From Camelus dromedarius (lineage: Eukaryota): a stretch of DNA of 64,000 bases. The translations under genes and the position numbers were made by a program. Under the pieces are notes generated by a model. The model worked only from the letters and a program-made list of their open reading frames with translations, ran no database searches and had not been told where the DNA came from. The stretch spans positions 13,704,001 through 13,768,000 of the forward strand of contig NC_087437.1 in assembly GCF_036321535.1 (NCBI RefSeq). The letters run 5' to 3'. Below, piece by piece: positions 13,333 to 25,300 of the stretch (positions within the stretch are counted from its first letter, which is position 1; each line of letters begins with the position of its first letter).

Positions 13333-13852
13333 AACCTATAGCAAACATAATATGGTAATGTTCAGACCTGTATTTCTTTCTTTTAATTGAAAGGCATTGA
13401 TTTTGGTTAGCACTGTAATTTAGAGTTCCCCAAAGGCTAATCCTTCCTTACTATGAGCAGCGTCATAAACTTCAAAGTATTCTGGAAATACATCTCAAAA
13501 ACCATCATGGTTATATCCGAACTTGTAGCAAGGAATACCATCTTGCCAAAAATACGAATTATTTGTTATGCTGGCAGTGTGAGAGCATAGTAATAAGATA
13601 TTTATAATCATGTCATTCTTGCTTTAAAATACTTTGAAATCCAGTAAGAAAATGGAATACATCCATTAAAAAGTTTTTTACTATATAAAACTTAGCAAGT
13701 TAAGCACATGGAAACTAGATTTGAATTTCAAAGGATATTTTCTCTCAATTTAGTAGTTAATCATTGAGGTAACCAATAAGCTATGTGAAAGTATTTCCAA
13801 AACACTGAAGAATGCTTCCCCATATTTCTATATTGGTATTTAAATGGGAATG

Positions 13853-14144
13853 GAGACTTGTAGACATAGTAAACAACCTTATGGTAACCGGGGAAAAGGG
13901 GCGGGTAGGGATAAATTTGAGAGTTTGAGATTTACAAATGTCAGCCACTGTCTATAAAAACAGATTTTAAAAAAAGTTTCTTCTGTATAGCACAGGGAAC
14001 TATGTTCAATATCTTGTAATAACCTTTAATGGAAAAGAATATGAAAACAAATATATGCATGTATATACATGACTGGGACATTGTGCTGTGCACCAGAAAC
14101 TGACACATTGTAACTGACAGTACTTCAATAAATAAATAAATAAA
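13853..14144 (+). mobile_element. L1 3' end with TSD TAAATGGGAATG and (TAAA)n tail
   Basis: TSD at 13841-13852 and 14145-14156; homologous to the 3' UTR at about 1350-1630. Confidence 0.9.
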
Positions 14145-14544
14145 TAAATGGGAATGTATATTTGAATATAATATCTTTACTCGATAGAGATATGGCAGAT
14201 TATACTTTGATTTATCAAATAATTTTCTCCCCCGATCCTGTTTCCTTGTTCTCCTTTGCCCTCTTCCATTTAATTGGGTAGACGATTCTGTAGAATTACT
14301 TAAGTGAGAGGTTGACGGTAGAAAATGGAAAAGAAGGCAATTTTAGGCTTTTGAGTTTTAGAAGTCTGGCCTGCAATGTAACTGAAAAGAATATGAGTTT
14401 GGTAGGGGGAAAAGAAAAGCAATAATGGCAACAAAGCAGGCTACTGTCCAGGCTAGGGAGAAGTCAAAGGGCAGCAGTGAGACGTCAGAGGTGGGCAAGT
14501 CCCAAATAAAGGAGCCCCTTGCTTGGCCCCCCAGGCTTACCTGT

Positions 14545-16070
14545 GCCCGTTGTCAATTTATTTCCTCTCAGCTCCACAGGCACCCTTCATTGCCCTGCTT
14601 TTGATAACTGGAGCATCTCTCCCTTGCCAGCTGGGAGATGTTCAGCTCTACAATAGAGGACACAGCAGGAAGATGGGGCATGTCTTTCTGGTTCCAGTAA
14701 TGTTTCTGTCTTGCCTTAGTCCTGCAGCACTGACTGGTCAGCAGTAACGGGGACCCTCAGTGGTGCTCATCCCCAGCCATGTGCCGTGGCACCAACCCTG
14801 CAGGCAGCTTCCCAGAGAGTTCAATGGAGCAGCACCTACTCGCGGGCAGCCCACCTGGCAGCATAGAGGGCACCCCCCCCCCAGCACATCATCCTCACAT
14901 GCTGATTTCCAGCAGGCTCCATGGCACAGCACCTCACCGTGGATGGCTTGCCTCAGACCCCTAGAGGGAGGCTTTTCCTCCAGCACAGAACCTCAGGAAA
15001 TTTCTCTGACCTTTCCAGTGAGGTCTGGACCTCAGCCCAGGATGGGGGTGTCCTCTTTTACTTTGTTCATTTCTTCAGTGCTCTGCCTCAGCCCTGTAAG
15101 TAGTGACTCCCTACCTGTTCTTCTTATATTCTTTAGATTTCTCTTCTCCTCCTTAGTAGATAATATCCTGTTAATATTAATAGTTCTTAAATAATCCTTC
15201 ATACTTAAATCACTGTGTGGTTTCTGTCCCCTGAGTGGACTCTCACTGAAACAGAAGGAGCCATACAGATGGCATTTGGAAACTGGTTTGATTGAACCCT
15301 TGGAACTTAGGCTGGTGCTGGGTCTTTTGCCAACAGGACATGGGATCTAGTAATAGCATGCAGTGTCATCACAGTTAATCATGTTGTCACCTTGATGAAG
15401 AGCCAACAGAAGTGGCTGCTGCACTTGACCGTCAGGCCTGATGAAGACCACGGGGACTGTGTGCGGTAGGTGGGTCCTTCAGATGCACTGGAGCACTTAC
15501 AGAAAAAGAAATGACCAGCTTGGGTCCTTTAATTCTCAGCTCAGGTCACAGTCTAAGAGGAAAGATTCCATGACAACCCTAAAAGAATGTGTCATTTCTT
15601 GCCACCGCAGCACTGATATGGCTGATAATCAAATCAAATCTAGTTGATCAAGTAGCTGGATTACAATGTCAGTTGAATGTACACTTCACCAAGCTTCCCG
15701 TGTAAAAGTGAGGAAAAAGATTAGGATCCTAAAACTTAAAGGAGAGACATCTTGTTAGACCCAGATGAAACTGGCAATCTTGAAACTCAAGTTACTCTGA
15801 GCCATCATTGCCCATGGAAGCAGTCCAAAAACCTGTGTCTGACAAGACAAGCCTTCTTTTACTTGAAAACTCTTATACTAATCTTATCTGGGACAGATGA
15901 GGGGTGATATCTTAAAAAAGGGGTGCTTTTCATTCTGAAGACCCACAACAGTGAAGGTCAAGTCTGTAACTAGGGTCATAGCTCAATATGACCCAGGGGA
16001 TTTGGTGCACATTATGACCCAGGAGGAAGTTGCTTATACATCAGAAGAATTGTGAGACTTTGTTGATTAT
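14545..16070 (+). mobile_element. Ancient ERVL-class LTR (to about 15252) plus adjacent degraded internal sequence (ERV3-16A3/LTR16/LTR33-like)
   Basis: LTR-type end tgtgtggtttctgtcccctgagtggactctcactgaaaca followed by ERVL-internal-like sequence; boundaries approximate. Confidence 0.55.
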
Positions 16071-16953
16071 TTTGTCCTGGTCATGAAGGAGGTGAAGTTC
16101 TAGAATTTTATACTTTGTAAAAAATTTTATATATATCTCTGAACCAAGGAAACATTTTCAGGTACATTATAATTTCATCACATAATTTAATTCAGTCATG
16201 AAAAGTAGACAATACAATAGTCTTGACATTGATAAAAAGAAAAAAACATATTTAATTTTATGAAATGAGAGGCTTGACTTACAAGATTAAGAAGATGTCT
16301 CTTTCAGGTAGTGACACTCATAAATACGTCCCTGGTGAATAAGTGACATTACTTAGGATCGTCTCCTGCTTGGTAAGGACTTTTCGTCCACCTATAACGT
16401 TAACAGCATTGGTATCACTGCAGGAAGGGGGTGTACAGCTCCTGTGGTTCTCCACTTGCACTCTAGTAATAGCTAGAAAAAAATAAGCAATTAGTCCGGA
16501 AATTTTAGAACTGTCACAGAAAAGGAATACAATGGTCTTACTGACAATAAATTGTTTCTGTAAGGCAGCTTGATTGTGACACTGGCTGGTAGGCCAAGCT
16601 GATTCTGGCAAGCAGTGGTCAAGAGGATTTACTCCATTTAAGTGAAACTATTTCTGGATTATGAAAAAGGAGTAGGGGGAGAGATTAGCAGCAAGTCAAA
16701 ATAAGCCAAGACTTCTGCTAAAGGGAGGCAAGATCCCTAGGTCCTGAGATTACACAAGGCCTTTCCAGTAACGTGTGTGATACTGGATGGTCACAAACAT
16801 CCACAGTCATCTTTACACACAAAGACTAAAGTCAGCCAGCCACACTTCCTTGAATACAGTTATGCATACACTGATTTATCAAAGAAGTTGTGAACCACAG
16901 GCGTCTCTGATACCGCAAACATCCGATGTCTCAAACCAGACTGCCAACTGTAC

Positions 16954-17012
16954 CCTGTTGCCTTGGCAACAGGATGCAAGCAGGCATGGAAAAATCCTGT
17001 TGCCTGAGCAAC
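16954..17012. promoter_or_regulatory. Pair of RFX X-boxes: GTTGCCTTGGCAAC (16957-16970) and GTTGCCTGAGCAAC (16999-17012)
   Basis: Both fit GTNRCC(N0-3)RGYAAC; the first lies within the palindrome CCTGTTGCC-TT-GGCAACAGG. Confidence 0.6.
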
Positions 17013-17779
17013 TGGATTGCAAAAAAAAAAAAAAAAAAAAAAAAGGAGAGGAGTGTGACTGTGACTATGGCAAAAGCTATAGGTTCAAGCCAGTAGGTGA
17101 GATTTTAGTCCTATTACAGTGGGAGATACAGAATTTATGCTAAGATAACAATCAGTCGTCATCTATTAATTGACAAGTATTTATGGAATACATTGTACAC
17201 TTATGTGCAATACATTGTGCCCTTGAGAATGCAAAGATAGATACAGCAAAGTCTGGTTTATGTTAGCACACAGTAATAAATATTAATTGATGAACAAATG
17301 GATGTTCTTAAGAACATCATAATACAGTGACCAAAGCTTATTAGGGCTTGAATGTATGTGATAAAGAGGCCAAAGCCCCTGTGTATATTACCAAAGTTCC
17401 CTATACAGGTAATTTATTTGTAAATTGAAATAACATGCTATGACTTACTGAATTAGAACTATCAACATATGTATCAACTGAGACTATAAAACCCAGACAG
17501 AAACTAGTAAAAGCCAAACCCATTTGTAATTCTCTGCCATCAAGTAGTAATGGAGGTAGAGGAATTTAGATCACTTAGATCATTGAAAATGATGAAGTTG
17601 GAAATTTCTGAAAAAGTACTAATTATTGAATTTTAATTGCTTTTTTTTCCTTGATACATTAACTCAGATTTTGGCTAACTCTGTCAATGTGCACAAAACA
17701 TCAAACAAACATTAACAATAAGGATATTTATATCATATTATTTCAAAGTAGATAATATTTTGTGAGAGTTTGACCATGA

Positions 17780-18005
17780 AAATTTGGGAGTTTGAGATTT
17801 GCAAATGTTAGCCACTATCTATAAAAATAGATTAAAAATAAAACAAATTTCTTCTGTCTGGCACAGAGACCTATATTCAATATGTTATACCTTTAATGAA
17901 AAAGAAAATGAAAATGAACATATGTATGTATATGCATGACTGGGACATTGTGCTGTGCACCAGAAATTGACCCATTGTAATGGATTGTACTGCAATAAAA
18001 CAAAA
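17780..18005 (+). mobile_element. L1 3' end fragment
   Basis: Homologous to about 13915-14130 (gagtttgagattt...gggacattgtgctgtgcaccagaaa). Confidence 0.85.
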
Positions 18006-18134
18006 GTGAATTCCATTTTTCCTCTAACCCCTTCTGATTCAGAGATGCACACATCCAAATAAAAGACGGTTTCCACAAATACTGTAATTCACTTCAACAC
18101 TTCTTCACACACATGGAGTTCAAGTCTCTCAAAC

Positions 18135-18750
18135 TGGAAACGTAAAAACGGTGCAATCACTCTAGAAAACAATTTGGCAGTTTCTTAAAAAGTTAACTAT
18201 ACACCTACCAAAAGACCCAGCCATTTCACTTCTAGGCATTTACCCCAAAGGGGGAAAAAAAAAAGTATGTGTCCATAAAGACACAAATGTTCATCACAGC
18301 CTTATTTGCAATAGCCATACACTGGAACTCAGGTGTTCGTTAACAGATGCATGGATAAACAACTATGGTATATCCATCCAATGGAATACTACTTAACAGT
18401 ACAAATGAATGGACTATTGATACACAAAACAGTGTAGGCAGAGCTCTAAATAATTATGCTGACTGAAAGAAGTCAGACAAATGAGAGTATGTACTATAGA
18501 ATTTCATTTATATTAAATTCTAAAATGCAAATTAATCTATAGCACAGCAAGCAGATCAATGATTGCTTGGGGTGGGGAGTGAGGAGCAGGAGTCGGGGGC
18601 ACAAATGGACACTAGGACACTTTTGGGTGGATACGTTCACTATCTTAATTGTTATTTCACAGGGATATACATGCTCAAAACCTCAAATTTCATGCTTTAA
18701 ATAAGTGCAATTTATTTTGTGTGAATTATATCTCACTGACACTGTTAAAA
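18135..18750 (+). mobile_element. Old L1ME-class 3' fragment
   Basis: gaaaacaatttggcagtttcttaaaaagtt...atggataaacaactatggtatatccat...gaaagaagtcagaca. Confidence 0.75.
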
Positions 18751-18846
18751 CAACTTCTCACATTCTCATTCAAGAAAAGTTATGCAAATAGACCATCACA
18801 TTATCTGTGTGCGTTCATTAAAAGCAATATATAAAAAATACACCAT

Positions 18847-21474
18847 ACTCCCAAACTCATTCTATGAAGCCACCATTACCATGATACCGAAACCAGGCAA
18901 AGACACTACCAAAAAAGAGAATTATAGTCCAATATCACTGATGAACATAGATGCAAAAATCCTCACCAAAATATTAGCAAATAGAATCCAACAGCACATA
19001 AAAAAGATTATACATCATGACCAAGCGGGGTTCATCCCAGGGACACTAGGGTGGTTCAACATACACAAATCAATCAATGTAATATATCACATCAACGAGA
19101 GAAAGGACAAAAAACCACATAATCATCTCAATAGATCCAGAAAAAGCATCTGATAAAATTCAACACCCATTTATGATAAAAACTCTCACCAAAGTGGGTA
19201 TAGAGGGAACATATCTCAACATAATAAAAGCTATATATGACAAACCTACAGTCAGCATAGTACTCAATGGTGAAAAACTCAAAAGCTTCCCACTAAAATC
19301 TGGGACAAGACAAGGCTGCCCACTGTCACCACTCCTATTCAACATAGTCTTGGAAGTCCTAGCCACAGCAATCAGGCAAGAGAGAGAAATAAAAGGGATC
19401 CAAATTGGAAAAGAAGAGGTAAAAGTGTCACTATATCCCGATGACATGATACTATATATAGAAAACCCTAAAAGGTCCACACAAAAACTACTAGAGCTGA
19501 TCGAAAAATTCAGCAAGGTAGTAGGTTACAAGATTAATATTCAAAAATCAGTTGCATTTCTTTACAATAACGATGAATCAACAAAAAAAGAAAGTAAAGA
19601 AACAATCCCCTTTAAAATAGCACCCAAAGTAATAAAATACCTAGGAATAAATCTAATCAAGGAGGTGAAAGAATTATACACAGAAAACTATAAACCATTG
19701 ATGAAGGAAATTAAAGAAGACTTTAAAAAATGGAAAGATATCCCATGCTCCTGGATTGGAAGAATCAATACTGTTAAAATGGTCACACTGCTCAAGGCAA
19801 TCTACAGATTTAATGCAATCCCTATCAAATTACCCAGGATATATTTCACAGAACTAGAATAAGTCATAATAAAATTTATATGGAAACACAAAAGACCTAG
19901 AATTGCCAAAACATTACTGAAGAAAAAGAAAGAGGCTGGAGGAATAACTCTCCCAGACTTCAGACAATGCTATAGAGCTACAGTCATCAAGACAGCATGG
20001 TATTGGTACAAAAACAGACATATGGACCAATGGAACAGAATAGAGAGCCCAGAAATGAACCCGCAAACTGTTGGTCAACTAATCTTCAACAAAGGAGGCA
20101 AGAATATACAATGGAATAAAGACAGTCTGTTCAGCAAATGGTGTTGGGAAAACTGGACAGCAGCATGTAAATCAGTGAAGCTAGAACACTCCCTTACACC
20201 ATACACAACAATAAACTCAAAATGGATCAAAGACTTAAACATAAGACAAGATACAATAAACCTCCTAGAAGAAAATAAAGGCAAAACATTATCTGACATA
20301 TATCTCAAAAATGTTCAATAGAAATAAAAGCAAGAATAAACAAATGGGACCTAATGAAACTTACAAGCTTCTGCACAGCAAAGGAAACCAGAAGTAAAAC
20401 AAAACGACAACCTACAGAATGGGAGAAAATTTTTGCAAATGAAACCGACAAAGGCTTGATCTCCAGAATATATAAGCAGCTCATACGACTTAATAAGAAA
20501 CAACCAAACAACCCAATCCAAAAATGGGCCAAAGACCTAAACAAGCAATTCACCAAGGAAGACATACAAATGATCAATAGGCACATGAAAAAATGCTCAG
20601 TATCACTAATGATCAGAGAAATGCAAATCAAAACTATAATGAGATATCACCTCACACCAGTCAGAATGGCCCTCATTCAAAAGTCCACGAATGACAAATG
20701 CTGGGGAGGCTGTGGAGAAAAGGGAACCCTCCTACACTGCTGGTGGGAATGCAGTTTGGTGCAGCCACTGTGGAAAACAGTATGGAGATTCCTCAAAAGA
20801 CTAGGAATAGACTTACCTTATGACCCAGGAATCCCACTCCTGGACATATATCCAGAAGGAACCCTACTTCAGGATGACACCTGCACCCCAATGTTCATAG
20901 CAGCACTATTTACAATAGCCAAGACATGGAAACAGCCTAAATGTCCATCAACAGATGACTGGATAAAGAAGTGGTGGTATATTTATACAATGGAATACTA
21001 CTCAGCCATAAAAACCAACAACATAATGCCATTTGCAGCAAAATGCATGCTCCTGGAAAATGTCATTCTAAGTGAAGTAAGCCAGAAAGAGAAAGAAAAA
21101 TACCATATGAGATCACTCATATGTGGAATCTAAAAAAGAAAACAAACAAAACATAAATACAAAACAGAAACAGACTCATAGACATAGAATACAAACTTGT
21201 GGTTGCCAAGGGGGCAGAGGGTGGGAAGGAACAGACTGGGATTTCAAAATGTAGAATAGATAAACAAGATTATACTGTATAGTACAGGGAAGTATATACA
21301 GGATCTTGTGGTAGCTCACAAAGAAAAAAAATGTGACAATGAATATATATATGTTCATATATAACTGAAAAATTGCGCTCTACACTGGAATTTGACACAA
21401 CATTGTAAAATGACTACAAGTCAGTAAAAAAAAAAAAGTTAAAAAAATTCACATTATAATAAAACTACTCAAAA
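18847..21474 (+). mobile_element. Young 5'-truncated LINE-1, about 2.6 kb (ORF2 reverse transcriptase, C-terminal domain and 3' UTR), inactive
   Basis: ORFs 18782-21133 contain [25 protein letters not shown] (YADD-like) and [18 protein letters not shown], broken by stops and frameshifts. TSD AAAAAATA(C/T)ACCAT at 18833-18846 and 21475-21488. Confidence 0.97.
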
Positions 21475-21914
21475 AAAAAATATACCATTGAGTTAATTTT
21501 AGTCTGTGTTACTATGTTGTGTTACTGCCTTGTGTTACTTACTAGATAGAACTTAAATGTAAGTCAGATGTAGTTATCTTTTAGTTCTATGTCTTCAGGA
21601 GAGTGAGCTAGTTAGCCAGCAGTAGAGAATGAGTGATTGCAGTTAAAGCAGCTACTCGGTGAACACTCAGATTAATGAACCACCTGCAGGAGTATCCCAA
21701 GTGACACTCCTATTGTGACTCCTCAATTTCATGCAAAGATTAAGATATAAAACCAAATCTCTATTCTAGTAAACCAAAGGCCTAAATAAAAGCGCATTAT
21801 CCTAAGTGAATATACTTGCCATGTGAATGATCTGTTTATCACTAGGAAGTTGGGGGCAACTAGAGGTTCCCTTGGGTTTCCGTCTATAATATTAAAAATG
21901 CTATACTGACATCT

Positions 21915-22380
21915 CCAGGTTTTCTAGTTCTTTTTTAAAAAAAGAATTCATGGAAAATTGTCTTATTTTCAAGCCACACTGTACCACACACAGCATAGCT
22001 TTGCAAATGTTATTTTAGCTCAGATCCACCTCACCTGTTCACTTATGCGAGCACCTTCTGATTCATCAACCTTAACATTTGGACTATTTTCCATTTTCCA
22101 CCTGTTGACTTGGTCATTAACCCTAAGTTGAAGCCCATTCTGCACATCCCTGTTCCGGTGAGCTTCAGATTGAATTTCCCCTGTCTGTTGATTCTCATTT
22201 ACCCAACTTGTTATAAATGTTTGGATCATGACTAGCTTTTAAAAGCCATTTCAAGATCTAAAATATATACAGCATATGTTTCTTTTGTTTTTGAAGGGTT
22301 AGACTTCAACTGAATTCTTACAAATAAGACAATTTTCCATGAATCCTTTTAGAAAAAAGGATTAGAATTTGGCAACACTA
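21915..22380. mobile_element. Putative non-autonomous DNA transposon bounded by inverted repeats of about 50 bp
   Basis: ATTCATGGAAAATTGTCTTATTT (21946-21968) is the exact reverse complement of 22322-22344; the right end reads TAGTGTTGCCAAA on the minus strand (hAT-like terminus). Confidence 0.55.
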
Positions 22381-25300
22381 AGATTCCTAAATTCATCTGA
22401 TTAAAAATTCCATCTTAATATAAAATTCTCTTAATTGGGGAATACACCCATATGTCATAATTTGTTTTTGTGCTAGAATACTTCTTTTGCATCTCTTTTA
22501 TATATTTAAGCAACTTTTTATCACTGAATAAAGTATCCAATAATAGAGAAAAGTCTTTTGATGATATCCTTAAAAAATAAATAATCACGAATCTTAAAAG
22601 GGAGTAGTTATATTCCAAAGTGCACTAGTTAATGATATGGGGGGAGACATGGAACATTCTCCCATGCAGGGGGTGGACGGAGTTCCAGACCAGCTCACAA
22701 AAGTCTACTGAACTCATGATGTGGTTAAGGTAGAGAAGCCCTAACACCAGAGTTCAGGAGGACACACCCACTCCAGGATGGGGTTCAGACCCCCGGCTCC
22801 ATGGACGGGCTCACATCACCCATCCCTGTCCCCTCACTTGCTGGGCTGAGCCAGCAAGAGCTCCCATGTTCCAGGCTCCTGTGTGTGGTTTCCTTGTCTA
22901 CGGCAACGGGAAGCAGAGCTGCTGGGTTAGAGATGGGCAGCCAGAGATGGGGAGTGAGAAGGGACCCTCAAGGATCCTCTAACTCGGGTCCCAAGTCCCC
23001 ACCCTCATCCATTCTAGTTCCCCTGTTTCTCTTTCCCCTGCTCTCCCCACTATTTCTAACCACCGCTTCTCTGCACTGTGCCCCACTGAAGAACACCGTG
23101 AGGTCTTCAGGTTTTCCTGGATGCACTTTCTGGTAAAGAAGTACCTACTCTGAAAGGTTTTCCTTGGGTTTTACTACTAGTGATAGCAGAAAAAAAAAAA
23201 AATTAGGAAATAAAAAGGGTCCACCCTAACCTTTTCTGACCCTCACTTGGAAAAGATAGTTATCTGTGATGTTGTATCTTTGAGAAAACAAAAATGGTTT
23301 TCTATGTACACCTTTTGCCACCTAACTGAAGCCCTCAGGATTTTGCTAGTAAGGTTTTTCATTCTGAAATTGATTTCTATTATGCTCTTCCCAGCACCCT
23401 CAAAACCAGCAGGAATCATGATCCTATTTGGACTGCTCAGCACCCACACTGCTCCCTGCAGCAAGGGCCCTGAGGGACCTGAAGGGGCCGCCAGTGAAGG
23501 GGTTCAGCCCTCCCCACGGCAGTAAATAGGGCCTGATCCAAGCCAGGCCAAGCCGACTCTCATGACACTTTGGATCCGAAGAGAGGCGACGCAGAGTCAG
23601 AACAAGAAAGATGGAAGCTCGCTCCGCCCAGCATCAGAACCTTTACAAGCCTTCCAGGAGCGCCTCCTCCACAGACTTCAGGGGCTGACCTGGCTTCTAT
23701 CCCTCTGAAGGTTGATTCTGTGGGTTCCTAATTATGTGAGTCCCCTAATGAAACCCTCTGTCTCTTAAGTCAGTCCGAGTCACGTTCTTTTGCTGTAACC
23801 ACAAAGCCGGACTGGAAAGCACACCCATGGCCTCAGCCTTTAGTCACATGCACGCAGCCGCTTCCCCAGCCAGCATCTGCTCCCATGAAGGTTACTAGGG
23901 ACTTGCACGAGCAGAATGGAAGGGTGCAACCGTCTGGGTCACGCCTGTAAAATCACGTCTCACTTCTCCATCCCGCTTCCTGCTGGCTAAGATGTGGGTG
24001 TGACGCGGTCCACAGTCTCCACATTAGCTATTAGCACGAGACTTATACCCTGGGGATGTGGGAAAACAAGGTGTTAGGAAAACAAGATGATCGCGTGAAG
24101 TGCAATTGCCTTACCTCCTGGGGCCACCCTTGAGCTCAGAGAGACTAACTGATTGGCTGAGGATCACAAAGTCAGACTGCAAACCCAGGCCCAAGCTTAG
24201 TGCTCATCCCAGTATACTCCTTGGTAAAGTGTAATCAGTTCTCAGGGGGTGGGGGCTCCAACGGCCTCTGGTACCACATGCCCGTGGCAACCTGTGCTAT
24301 CAGGTGACAGTTTAGCCACCAAAATCTCAGCTCTGCAGAGTCCAGAAATATTTCTAGGACCTCAGTGTATATTTGGGGTTTGGGGTTGTCTTTCTCTACC
24401 TGAAGCATTAAAACTTCTCTTAAAAATACCTAAGTCTATTGGCAAGCCACCCTGAATGCACCCAATCTCATCATAGAGGGCCTGAAACCAGAAAATAAAA
24501 ATAACTTTACATTTTCCTACTACAAATCTTTTATTTATTCATGTATGTGTGTTTGTTTATTTTCAAAGAAATCTGCATTCTATTATCTGAGCAATTTAAA
24601 AGGCTGTCTCCATTTATGAAAGTATCAGGTAAAATATATGATTGCAAATTACTATTTACTTGACAGGCTTGTTTAAGGGTTTTGGGTTTGTTTTTTTTTT
24701 TTTTTTTTTTGACGAAAGAAAAGGTGCTAAACAAAGAAACTCTGTTATTAATAGCTAACAAAGTACAATAAAATAGCTACGTCATAATCATGCTAAAAGC
24801 CTTGCCAAGACAGCTGTAAATTATCACGTCCAACTGGAAGGGCCCAGCTTTTCCTTCCCACTTCCCCACTGACGCTCCCCACCTTTGCTGGGGATGTACG
24901 GTATTGAATTCATCTCAAACAATAATTAAGTTTCTAGAACTTGCTACTTACTTTTATATGCGTGGATATTTTTCACTCTACCATATTTATGTTTTCCCAG
25001 TCTAGACACGTTATCTAGCAGGCAGGGATTTGCAGGAAAAACAGAGCAGAGTGTTAGGAATTGAGAATGTCCCAGAAAATCTGAAACATCTATTTCCTAT
25101 ATTGATGGGCCAATTAACTTTAGAAAAGGACAAAGAATGAAGCCAAGTCCTTAGAGCTCTACTCTGATCCTTAGCGAGACTATTTTAAGCCTTCTCTTAT
25201 GATATCTTCATAGCATAGTCATTGGTGAGGGGATTGTTGACACAATTTATTTCAGACTATTTCTATCTACTCTGTTTAATTTTCCATCAACTTACTCTTT

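Noticed and set aside
14760..15194. 144-aa ORF, and similar ORFs at 30805-31257 and 45830-46282
   Set aside because: They lie inside an LTR, an L1 5' UTR and a MER45-like element respectively, with no recognisable protein features.
18782..21133. Long ORFs (229 aa, 259 aa) with reverse transcriptase motifs as a host gene or novel RT system
   Set aside because: They are fragments of an ordinary 5'-truncated L1 ORF2 broken by stops and frameshifts.
21505..21545. Three spaced TGTGTTACT copies (array-like)
   Set aside because: The units are too short and irregularly spaced; local slippage duplication, not CRISPR-like, in a mammalian context.
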